Below, piece by piece: positions 56,342-64,000 of a stretch of DNA of 64,000 nucleotides. Below the pieces are notes generated by a model. That model saw nothing but the letters and a program-made list of their open reading frames with translations, did no database searches and had not been told where the DNA came from. A program made the translations under genes and the position numbers. The stretch is from an uncultured virus (IMG/VR IMGVR_UViG_3300049982_000338) (lineage: Duplodnaviria; Heunggongvirae; Uroviricota; Caudoviricetes), in IMG/VR virus record IMGVR_UViG_3300049982_000338. The stretch is one strand, 5' to 3'. The stretch's first letter is position 1. Every line of letters begins with the position of its first letter.

Positions 56342-57229
56342 TCATCGCCAGGCGGGGCGGTAGGTGACGGTGGCCAGACCGACCCCGTTGTAGGAGTCGG
56401 CGAGGAACCGGACGTCATTGTCGCCGGGCTGCACGGCCCAGAACTCGGCGCCGTAGGCGCGGGCGGACAGCTGGGACACCCCATCGACGGTGACCGTCTC
56501 CGCGGCGCAGTCCACGACCACTTTCTGACCGTCGGCCAGCGGGAACCGGAGCGCGAACGTCTGCCCGGTGGTGCGGTTCAGCAGCCGCGGATTGGGCGGC
56601 GTCGGCCCGGTCAGGGTGAACACGGTGTCCCGGGACGGGGCGCGGCCGGGGTTGTAGTCCGGCTCCAGCCCGGCCGCGCCACCGAAGTTCCACGGCGAGC
56701 GGGCGGGGAAGGTGAGCCCACCGAACACCGGCGCCACCAGCCGGCGGGTGATCGTCCGGATCCCGGCCAGCCCGGCGGCGTACTTGTACGGATCCGCCGC
56801 CCCCAACACCACGGAGAAGGTGCGGGCCCGGGTACCGCGGTGCGGGTCCACGATGCACGGCCCGGCCTGCCGCACCGCCATCTGCTTGGGCTGCGTGCCG
56901 TCCTCACGCCACAGCAGCACGTCCCGGTCCAGGACCTCCACGGCGTCCCGGAACCGGTCCTCCGCGTCGTCCATGTCCGCGCCGCACCGCACCGGCCGGA
57001 ACCCGCCCGTCATGGTCAGCGTCTTCGACGGGCGGCGGCCGATCCCGAACCAGCCACCATCCCCCGCCCCCTCCTCGATGGGCAGCGACGCGTTGGTGGT
57101 GCGCCACCCGTCCACGTTCTCCACCACCCACTCGATGCCGAACTCGTCGACGCCGTTGAGCTGCAGCACCGGCGCCTCGTAGGCCGGGCCGAGCCCCCAC
57201 GTCACACGTCCACCGGGCGCGAACGTCAC
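56342..57229 (-). CDS. distal tail protein (Dit)
   Basis: follows the tape measure; DEFGIEW..AADPYKY..PGDNDVRF..YRPAWR. Confidence 0.85.
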   Translation of the reverse strand: MTFAPGGRVTWGLGPAYEAPVLQLNGVDEFGIEWVVENVDGWRTTNASLPIEEGAGDGGWFGIGRRPSKTLTMTGGFRPVRCGADMDDAEDRFRDAVEVLDRDVLLWREDGTQPKQMAVRQAGPCIVDPHRGTRARTFSVVLGAADPYKYAAGLAGIRTITRRLVAPVFGGLTFPARSPWNFGGAAGLEPDYNPGRAPSRDTVFTLTGPTPPNPRLLNRTTGQTFALRFPLADGQKVVVDCAAETVTVDGVSQLSARAYGAEFWAVQPGDNDVRFLADSYNGVGLATVTYRPAWR

Positions 57230-60200
57230 CAGGCCACCTCCCCGATCTGTGCGTTGAGCAGCCCCATCCGCAGGGAGCGGGCCAGGTCCTGCTCCAAGAT
57301 GGCGGCGGCCTGACCGGCGGTCGGCACCGTCGGAACCGTCAGCGTCGGGGAGTAGGTGACGTACACGGCGGCGGCCGCTTCGTGCGCCGCGATCGCGCCC
57401 TGAACGTCACCGGCGGCCTCCAGCTGACGGGCCCGGGCGCGGGCGTTGTCGAACGCGAACTGCGCCATGCTCGCCGTCGACTCGGCGTCGGCCCCCGCCC
57501 CATCGGCGGTGGTGGCGGTGTCGGTGGTGGCGGTGGCGGTGGCGGCGGCCTTCGCCGCCAGCGCGGCGGCGGTCAGCCCGGCCCGCTCGAGCACCACGAA
57601 CTTGTCCGCATCCGACCGGGCCAGGGTCACCGTGCCCGGGTCCAGCCCCTGGGCGACGGCCTGCGCCTTCCCGATCGTCTCGGTCATCAACGCCACCTCG
57701 GCCAGCAGCGCGGACAGCTCGCGGAGGGTGACCAGGACCTTCCAGCGGACGTCGGCGGCCACGGCGCGCGCATCGGTGGCCTCGGTGATCGCCCCGTCCA
57801 CCAGCTCCCGGAACGCGCCGAGGGTGGTGGCCACGGCGCCGGTCTGCTCCGCGATGCGGGTCAGCGCCGTGCTCGACGTCATCAGGTAGCCGATGACCTG
57901 CCCGGCGACCCCGGTGTCCCCGGTCAGGGCGGGCCGCAGGTTGGACTCCAGCACCTGCCACTGCGCGCCGGTGAACACCGGCTCCGGCGCGTTGGACAGG
58001 TTCAGCCCCGCCATCCCGGGCAGCAGCATCCCGCCGCCGTCGTAGACGGCGGCGTGGACGTGGTTGTGGTGGTCCTTGCGGGTCTGCGCGTTGTACGTGT
58101 GGTCCCGGCCGTTCTTCACGTCCGGGGTGTCGTCATAAGCCCCGTCGTAGATGAGCTCCGCCAGGGTCTTCCCGAACCCGGAGTACAGGAACCGGGCGAT
58201 CGAGGCCAGACCGGCGGACCCGTTCCCACCCGGCCCGGACCCGAACCCGAAGTCGATGGCCTTGCCCTTCCCGTGGTAGCCGGGGTCCCCCGCGCGGAAG
58301 GTCGAGTTGATCCGGGCCTGCGGGATCGCGGCGTGCACCACGTCCCACACGGACCGCCACGCACCGGTGAGCCCACCGCCGGCACCAGCGGCGACCTTCC
58401 CCGCAGCCTGGGCAGCACCGGCGGCGGCTGCCTCGGCGGCGGTGCGGGTCAGGGTGTCCAGGGCGAACCGGGACGCGTAGTTGGTGATCTCGTCCTCCAC
58501 CTCCTTCCGCCGGGTCAGGGCGGCGCCCAGGATCAGCCCACCCTCAGCCATGTGCGGCACGTCGGGGTTGACCACGGCCAGGCCCATCCGGCGGGCGGTC
58601 TGGTCCAGGATCGACATGGACCGGGCGGAGGTGTTGATCGGGATATACGCCTCGTCATCCCGCACCCGGTCCCCGATGACCCGCCAGGTGTTGGGCTTGA
58701 CGACCTGCGCGATCCCTCCGCGCATCGCCTTCGGCTCGATCCCGCCCTTCGCGTAGGCGTGCACGATGCCGCCGTCATGCTCATAGGCCACCCCGAGCGC
58801 GAGCCCACCGTTGGCGGTGCGGTACTGCTGCTGGAAGCGGCCCGGGGCGACCTCCATCGTGTTCAGGGCGACGGTCAGCGTCCGCCCCTTCAGGTTGTCG
58901 ATCGCCTTCTGCAGGTCGGCGGCGGCCTGGGTGGCGTCGGCGGTGTCGGCGGTGATCTGCGTGGTCCGTTCGGCCGGGATCCCGAGGATCTGGTCGGCGT
59001 AGGTGCGGGCCTGCTCCTGGGACATACCCATCTGCGTGGCCGTGTCGATGAACGTCTGCCGCAACTGGGCGTCCTTGGCGACCACCTGATCGGAGGTGGC
59101 GCCCTGCTCGATCATCTTCTGGATCAGGTCGTTACCGGCGTCCCGCATCCCCAGCAGCGCGGCCTGCGCATTACGCCCGGAATCGGTGTGCAGGTCGAAC
59201 TTGCCGGTGGCCTGGTCCACCTGCCCGGTCAGCCCCTCCACCGACGCCTTCGCCTGGTCGACCGACGCCCAGTAGTTGGCCTCCGCCGTGTCGGCGTCGA
59301 CCGTGGACCCGGTCAGCCCGTCCAGGCTGGCCTTCTCCGCGTCCAGCGCCGTGGTCGCGGCCTGGGTGGCGGTGTCCAGCTCCGCCTGCTTGCCGCGCAT
59401 CCCCTCGGCCTTCGTCTTGGCCTCGTCCATCGACGAGGCCAGGCCCAGCCATTCGGCGACGTGCCCGAGCCAGTCCGGCTTCTTCCCGCCGAACTGCTTC
59501 TGGTATTCGGTGTTGAAGTCCTCCGATTTCAGGGTGCCGTTGGCGATGGCCGTCGCCCACGCGTCGGTCTGCGCGGACGCCTTCTCCATCTGCCCGCCGA
59601 CGGCACCGACGAGGGCGCTGGCGCCGGCGATGGCGATACCCCACGGCCCGCCGAACGCGGCCAGGACACCGCTGGCCGCCCCGGACAGTTTCCCGACCTT
59701 CCCCGCCGCGCCCTCCGCGGCGCCACCGATCCCGGCGAGCGCGCCCTGCGCCGCCCCGGTCTGCCCGGACAGCCGGCCGATCGCCCCGGTCACCCCGTCG
59801 ATGACCCCGGACACCCCGGTGAGCGTCTTGTAGCCGAGGAACGCGGTCAGCAGCGCCGCCACCACCGGCACCGGCAGCGCCGCGAGGACGTCGGTCAGCA
59901 ACGCCAGCGACGGCAGCAGCGCCTGCCCGATCCCCGCACCGGCGACCACCACGTTCCCGATGATCTCGGCGACGTTCCCGATGATCTCCTTCACCAGCGG
60001 CCAGTTGGTCCGCACGTACTCGGTGAACTGGTGGAACCCGTCCGAGCCACCGAACTGCTGCGACCAGGTGAGGAACTTCCCGGTCAGGTCCTCGATGCCG
60101 GTGGCCATCTCCGTGCCGAGCGGCGCGAACGCCGTCCAGATCGCCCCCAGGGCTTCGGCGATGTTCTCCCCGGCGTGCCACAGCGCCTCGAACTGCGGCA

Positions 60201-62361
60201 CCCCCTGCGTCTGCAGGGTGTCGAAGAACCGCGTCCAGGTGGGGTCCGACAGCCGCCCGATGGTGCCCTGCAGCAGCTTCCCCGCCGAGGTGGCGAACGC
60301 GTCCACAAAGCCGGTGATCCGCCCCTCCTGGGACAGCAGCCCCTCCAGGCCGGTCTGCACACCGGGCAGGATCCCGGCGGCGGCGGTGTCCTGCAGCCGC
60401 TTCCACGCCGGCCGCAGGGTGCCGTCCACGAACTCCGCGAACCGGCGGGTCGACGGGGACACCTTGTCCAGCTCGGCGTTGATCCGGGCCAGCGCGTTCG
60501 ACCCGGCGTCCCCGGACCCGGCGGCGGCGGTGGCGACCGCGGCCATCGCCCCGGCCACCCCGCCCTGCGCCTGGGAGATCGAGAACGCCGACTGCCGCTG
60601 CTGGGTGGCCTGCGCCGCCACCGCGTCGCTGATCGCCCGCTGCGCGGCCTCGACCTTCCGGGCGCCGTCCTCCCGCGCCTTGCCCACCGCGGCCTCGGCG
60701 TCGCCGATTTTTCGGGCGCTGGCGACCTGAGAATCGGCGAGGGCCTGCTGTGCCAGGGCGATTTTTTCGGCTCCCTCGACGCGGGCGGCGTCGACGTCGG
60801 CGGCGGCAGCGCCGACGTCCTTCACCCCGTCGGTCACCCGCTGCTGCGCGTCGACGAGCTGCTGCTGCGCGGCGGTCACCTGGTCGGAGCCGTCGACCCC
60901 CTTCGCCGCCTCCTCCTTCTGCTGCTCCACCAGCCGCTGCCCGGCGAGGCGCAGTTCCTTCTGCGACTGGACCTGCTGCTCGTAGCGGAGCTGCGCCTGG
61001 GCGCGGGCGGCGGCGTCGGCCTTCGGGTCGGCCATCGTCTTGTTCAGCTCGGCCTGCGCGTCGGCGACGTCGAGGACGGCTTGGCGCTGGTCCAGGGCGT
61101 TGTCGGTGACCCGGTTGGCCAGGTCCTCCAGCTGCTGCTCGGCGTCCTTCCGGGCGCCGGTCAGGTCCTCCTGCGCCTGCTGCTGCGCCTTCTGCGCCAC
61201 CGTCAGCGCCCGCTCGGCGGTCTCCTGCCGGTCCAGGGCGGTCTGCACCCGGGTGGAGGCCGCGGCCTCGGCCTGCGCCACCGCGCGGCCCGCCCGGTCG
61301 GCGTCCTTCGCGGCCTGGTCCCGCGCATCGGACAATTTTCGGAGCGCGGCGTCGATGGCGGAGGCACCGTCCTGCTCGGCCCGCACCTCCGCGGCGCGGG
61401 CATCGGTGACGGTCCGGGCAGCCTTGGCGGCGGAGTCGGCCGCGTTCGCCCGGGTGTTCGCCAGCCCGGCCTCCGCCGACTCCAGCCCGCGCTGCGCGGA
61501 GGCCAGCGCGGCGGCGGACGCGGACTGCTTCCCGGCGGCCTGGGTCGCGGCGGCGGCCTGCGCGGTCTGCTGCTGCCCGAGGAGCTTCACCGCGTCCCCG
61601 ACCCCGGAGAACCCGAGGGCGATCACCCCGAGCCCGGCGGCGGCCCCACCGGCGGCGGCACCGATCCCGGCGATCGCCAGCGCCGCGGCGGCGGCGGCGG
61701 GGATGATCGCGGACCCGATCCCGATGCCGGCGGCGATCAGCCCACCGATGCTCGACGTGGCGCGGGCCGCGGACCCGCCGTCGTCCACGTCGACCTTGAC
61801 GTCAGCGTTCTTGCCGTCCAGGGCGTCGACCTCGGCGCGGACCGCGGCGAGCTCCGCGATCGCCGCCGCCGCATCCGCCCGCACCGCCACATCGGAGGTG
61901 GAGCCGGCCAGGTCCCGCAGCTGGTGCTCGATCGCACCCAGCTCCAGCAGCGCGTCCCCGGTGGACACGTCGACCCCGAGCCGCTTGGACCCGAGGGTTT
62001 CCATCTGCCGGCGGATGCCGGTGATCGCGTGGTCGGCGTCGGAGGAATCCGCGCGGATCTGGATGTCCGGCAGGTCGGCCATCGCCGCCCGCAGCCGCTT
62101 GGCGAACGCGTCCCCGAACGCACCGGCGGCCCGCTCCGCCGCCGGCTTCGCCTTCCGCGCGACCTCGTCCCCGAGGGAGTCGGACACCTTCTGCCCGGTC
62201 TCCCGGGCCTTCCGCTCGACCTTGCCCAGCGCCTTGTCGTAGGAGTCCACGACCTTGCCCAGCGACCGGTCGATCTTCGCTTCGAGGTCCCGGCCGACGG
62301 CGGAGGCATCAGCTGTGACGGCGATGTAGGCGTCGCCGAGCTTCGTGCCGCCAGCAGGCAC
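57226..62361 (-). CDS. tape measure protein
   Basis: 1711 aa, Ala/Gln-rich coiled coils, LGDAYIAV start, C-terminal YH..KAIDF..HHNHVH domain. Confidence 0.93.
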   Translation of the reverse strand: MPAGGTKLGDAYIAVTADASAVGRDLEAKIDRSLGKVVDSYDKALGKVERKARETGQKVSDSLGDEVARKAKPAAERAAGAFGDAFAKRLRAAMADLPDIQIRADSSDADHAITGIRRQMETLGSKRLGVDVSTGDALLELGAIEHQLRDLAGSTSDVAVRADAAAAIAELAAVRAEVDALDGKNADVKVDVDDGGSAARATSSIGGLIAAGIGIGSAIIPAAAAAALAIAGIGAAAGGAAAGLGVIALGFSGVGDAVKLLGQQQTAQAAAATQAAGKQSASAAALASAQRGLESAEAGLANTRANAADSAAKAARTVTDARAAEVRAEQDGASAIDAALRKLSDARDQAAKDADRAGRAVAQAEAAASTRVQTALDRQETAERALTVAQKAQQQAQEDLTGARKDAEQQLEDLANRVTDNALDQRQAVLDVADAQAELNKTMADPKADAAARAQAQLRYEQQVQSQKELRLAGQRLVEQQKEEAAKGVDGSDQVTAAQQQLVDAQQRVTDGVKDVGAAAADVDAARVEGAEKIALAQQALADSQVASARKIGDAEAAVGKAREDGARKVEAAQRAISDAVAAQATQQRQSAFSISQAQGGVAGAMAAVATAAAGSGDAGSNALARINAELDKVSPSTRRFAEFVDGTLRPAWKRLQDTAAAGILPGVQTGLEGLLSQEGRITGFVDAFATSAGKLLQGTIGRLSDPTWTRFFDTLQTQGVPQFEALWHAGENIAEALGAIWTAFAPLGTEMATGIEDLTGKFLTWSQQFGGSDGFHQFTEYVRTNWPLVKEIIGNVAEIIGNVVVAGAGIGQALLPSLALLTDVLAALPVPVVAALLTAFLGYKTLTGVSGVIDGVTGAIGRLSGQTGAAQGALAGIGGAAEGAAGKVGKLSGAASGVLAAFGGPWGIAIAGASALVGAVGGQMEKASAQTDAWATAIANGTLKSEDFNTEYQKQFGGKKPDWLGHVAEWLGLASSMDEAKTKAEGMRGKQAELDTATQAATTALDAEKASLDGLTGSTVDADTAEANYWASVDQAKASVEGLTGQVDQATGKFDLHTDSGRNAQAALLGMRDAGNDLIQKMIEQGATSDQVVAKDAQLRQTFIDTATQMGMSQEQARTYADQILGIPAERTTQITADTADATQAAADLQKAIDNLKGRTLTVALNTMEVAPGRFQQQYRTANGGLALGVAYEHDGGIVHAYAKGGIEPKAMRGGIAQVVKPNTWRVIGDRVRDDEAYIPINTSARSMSILDQTARRMGLAVVNPDVPHMAEGGLILGAALTRRKEVEDEITNYASRFALDTLTRTAAEAAAAGAAQAAGKVAAGAGGGLTGAWRSVWDVVHAAIPQARINSTFRAGDPGYHGKGKAIDFGFGSGPGGNGSAGLASIARFLYSGFGKTLAELIYDGAYDDTPDVKNGRDHTYNAQTRKDHHNHVHAAVYDGGGMLLPGMAGLNLSNAPEPVFTGAQWQVLESNLRPALTGDTGVAGQVIGYLMTSSTALTRIAEQTGAVATTLGAFRELVDGAITEATDARAVAADVRWKVLVTLRELSALLAEVALMTETIGKAQAVAQGLDPGTVTLARSDADKFVVLERAGLTAAALAAKAAATATATTDTATTADGAGADAESTASMAQFAFDNARARARQLEAAGDVQGAIAAHEAAAAVYVTYSPTLTVPTVPTAGQAAAILEQDLARSLRMGLLNAQIGEVAW

Positions 62362-62450
62362 CGGGCGGGCCCCTCACTGTGTGCAGGAGGGCCCGGCCCG
62401 AAGCCAGCAGCGCAACCCGCAGGATAGCCGCCAGCCCCCCGGCCGCCCGG

Positions 62451-63050
62451 TCAGGCGCGCACGACCTGCCCCCCGTCGGGCTGCATCCCGGCCAGCTGCA
62501 ACCAGCCGGACGCCTCATCCGCCCACGGCGCGTCGTCCTCACCCCCGGCGGAGCTGGCCTCGGTGATGGTGGCGGGGGCGGCCAGCGATGCGTCGACCCG
62601 GGCCCGTTCCTCCGCGCTCCGCCCGTCGACCATCCGCGTGTACAGCCAGTTGCACAGCCGCTCCAGCGGCCACTCCAACAGGTCTCCCAGCCCCCGGTCG
62701 GCGGCCCGCCCCGACCACAGCTCCCAGTCCCCCACCAGCACCCCGACCAGCTGGGTGGCCTGCCACCACGGCCGACCCGCGACCCGGCCGAGGACCCCGC
62801 GCCCCATCTCGGCCAGCAGCTCCGGGGTCACCCCACTGTCGGGGTCCATCGCGTCGTCCCACAGCTCCGCGGCCACCGCCTCGGGGAGGACGTCCAGCAG
62901 CAGGTCCGCCGGCTCGTCGGACAACACCCCCAGCACCCACACCCGCGCCGGCTGGTCGGGCACCTCGTACTCCACCCCGTCCAGGGTGAACGTCACCGGC
63001 CCGGGGGTGTGCCGGGCCCGCCAGGCGGCGAAGTCGACCCCGCCGGTCAC
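62451..63050 (-). CDS. tail assembly chaperone (second)
   Basis: immediately upstream of the tape measure; GRPWWQATQL..PLERLCN. Confidence 0.75.
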   Translation of the reverse strand: MTGGVDFAAWRARHTPGPVTFTLDGVEYEVPDQPARVWVLGVLSDEPADLLLDVLPEAVAAELWDDAMDPDSGVTPELLAEMGRGVLGRVAGRPWWQATQLVGVLVGDWELWSGRAADRGLGDLLEWPLERLCNWLYTRMVDGRSAEERARVDASLAAPATITEASSAGGEDDAPWADEASGWLQLAGMQPDGGQVVRA

Positions 63051-63406
63051 CGCCGACGCTTGGGTGCGTTCGCCTTCCAGTGCTCACCGATCGCGTCGAG
63101 GATCGGCATCACGTCATCGACGTCCAGGTCGTCGTCCCGGTCCAGCAGCCGACCGGCCACATACGAGCGGCCCGGCTCCTGCAGGCAGTCGTCGAGGAAG
63201 TTCAGCGCCAGCTTCAGCTTCTGCAGCGGCGGGGTCCGCCGCGACGACACCGGCGCGATCTCCGCGATCAGGGCGTCCTTCGGCTTCACCGCGACCAGCT
63301 CCACCCCGTCCAGCAGGCAGCGGAACGGGGGCGTGCCGCCGGCGGCGGCATCGTCGGCGGCCGGGTCGGTCTTCGGGGTGGTGGTGAACTCGAGCATCTC
63401 GGACAC
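63047..63406 (-). CDS. tail assembly chaperone (first)
   Basis: LEFTT..FRCLLDG..KPKDA..RLLDRDDDLD. Confidence 0.75.
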   Translation of the reverse strand: MSEMLEFTTTPKTDPAADDAAAGGTPPFRCLLDGVELVAVKPKDALIAEIAPVSSRRTPPLQKLKLALNFLDDCLQEPGRSYVAGRLLDRDDDLDVDDVMPILDAIGEHWKANAPKRRR

Positions 63407-63546
63407 GGGCAGGCTCCACGAGGGGGGTGCGAAGGGGAGCCCGGCCCGAAGCCAGCAGCCCGCCCAGTATCGCCTGCCACCCGCCCGGGTGCGGTGCACG
63501 TTGGGGGCGCGCGTCGCCCCGTCCGTACGGAACCGGACAGACCCGG

Positions 63547-64000
63547 TCAGGCGCCGCCGCCGACGACGTCCTGCATCGCCCTGCGGAGGAAGGGGCGGCC
63601 GGCGCGGGCGCCCACGGTGCGGGTGTGCGCGGGCACCGTGTGGGTGAGCTGGGTGCGGGCCGCCACCCGGTGCTTCTTCACGGTGTGCGCGGCCACCGTG
63701 TACGCCTTCCGGCCGCCCTTGGCGGGCACCGTGTAGCCGAGCTGGGTGCGGGCGGCCACCGTGTGCGCCCGGATCTTCCGCGACCGGACGGTGTGCTCGG
63801 CGACCGTCTCCGTGCCTGCCTTCCGGCCTTCGTGCACGACCAGCGCGTACTCGACGGGGGTGCCGACGGTGCCGCGGACCACCAGCCCGACGGGGGCGTC
63901 CAGGGCGGTGACGATCGACGCCCGCAGGTTCCCGGTGTCGACCGGGCAGTACAGGACGGCCCGGTTGCGGATCTCCCGGGTCACCCGCAGCACGTAGCGG
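63547..64000 (-). CDS. HK97 gp10-like head-tail/tail-completion protein (5' truncated)
   Basis: CPVDTGNLRASI..VEYALVVHEG..RPFLRRAM. Confidence 0.85.
   Translation of the reverse strand, partial: RYVLRVTREIRNRAVLYCPVDTGNLRASIVTALDAPVGLVVRGTVGTPVEYALVVHEGRKAGTETVAEHTVRSRKIRAHTVAARTQLGYTVPAKGGRKAYTVAAHTVKKHRVAARTQLTHTVPAHTRTVGARAGRPFLRRAMQDVVGGGA

Larger units (their letters stand above)
1..64000 (-). mobile_element. Actinobacteriophage (siphovirus-like) genome segment or prophage
   Basis: TerL, portal, MuF, tape measure, Dit, endolysin, RecT and RuvC are all present. Genes are co-oriented and tightly coupled (ATGA/GTGA overlaps), and no housekeeping genes are seen. Confidence 0.96.

Noticed and set aside
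57382..62427. 1681-aa plus-strand ORF (likewise 16801..19059, 51101..53806, 37464..39182)
   Set aside because: In-register antisense shadows of real GC-rich genes; G/R/V/H-rich text with no domain motifs.
63030..63090. Programmed frameshift between the tail chaperones
   Set aside because: The ORFs overlap by GTGA, but no clear XXXYYYZ slippery heptamer is visible; simple translational coupling suffices.
498..63456. Dispersed repeats as a CRISPR array or DGR
   Set aside because: The repeats are kilobases apart and tied to gene starts. There are no regular spacers, cas genes, reverse transcriptase or TR/VR pair.
1..64000. Integrase, att sites or host boundary
   Set aside because: No recombinase motifs or bacterial housekeeping genes are seen, so lifestyle cannot be determined from this window.

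Overview
The whole window is a very GC-rich tailed (siphovirus-type) actinobacteriophage or prophage segment. No host genes, integrase or major capsid gene are visible. Almost all genes are on the minus strand. Reading right to left: tail module (gp10-like protein, two chaperones, tape measure, Dit, minor tails, Gly-rich fibre), lysis (amidase, holin-like proteins), replication/recombination (initiator N-terminal domain, RecT, RuvC, HNH), many small accessory ORFs, TerS, TerL, portal, a ~3000-aa MuF/effector/protease polyprotein, then early/accessory genes (thermonuclease, papain-like peptidase, ParB-DNA methylase, NUMOD4-HNH). The top finding is a 275-aa intein in the MuF domain that has no endonuclease in its own frame. 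Instead, its interior encodes an HTH plus Vsr/DUF559-like endonuclease on the opposite strand. Other notable items: four tandem VIP2-like ADP-ribosyltransferase domains plus GNAT and Rmf-like domains in the head polyprotein, three distinct dispersed regulatory motif families, an HNH gene flanked by 26-bp direct repeats, and GNA-triloop DNA hairpin clusters. All functional calls come from motif recognition by eye; no searches were run.
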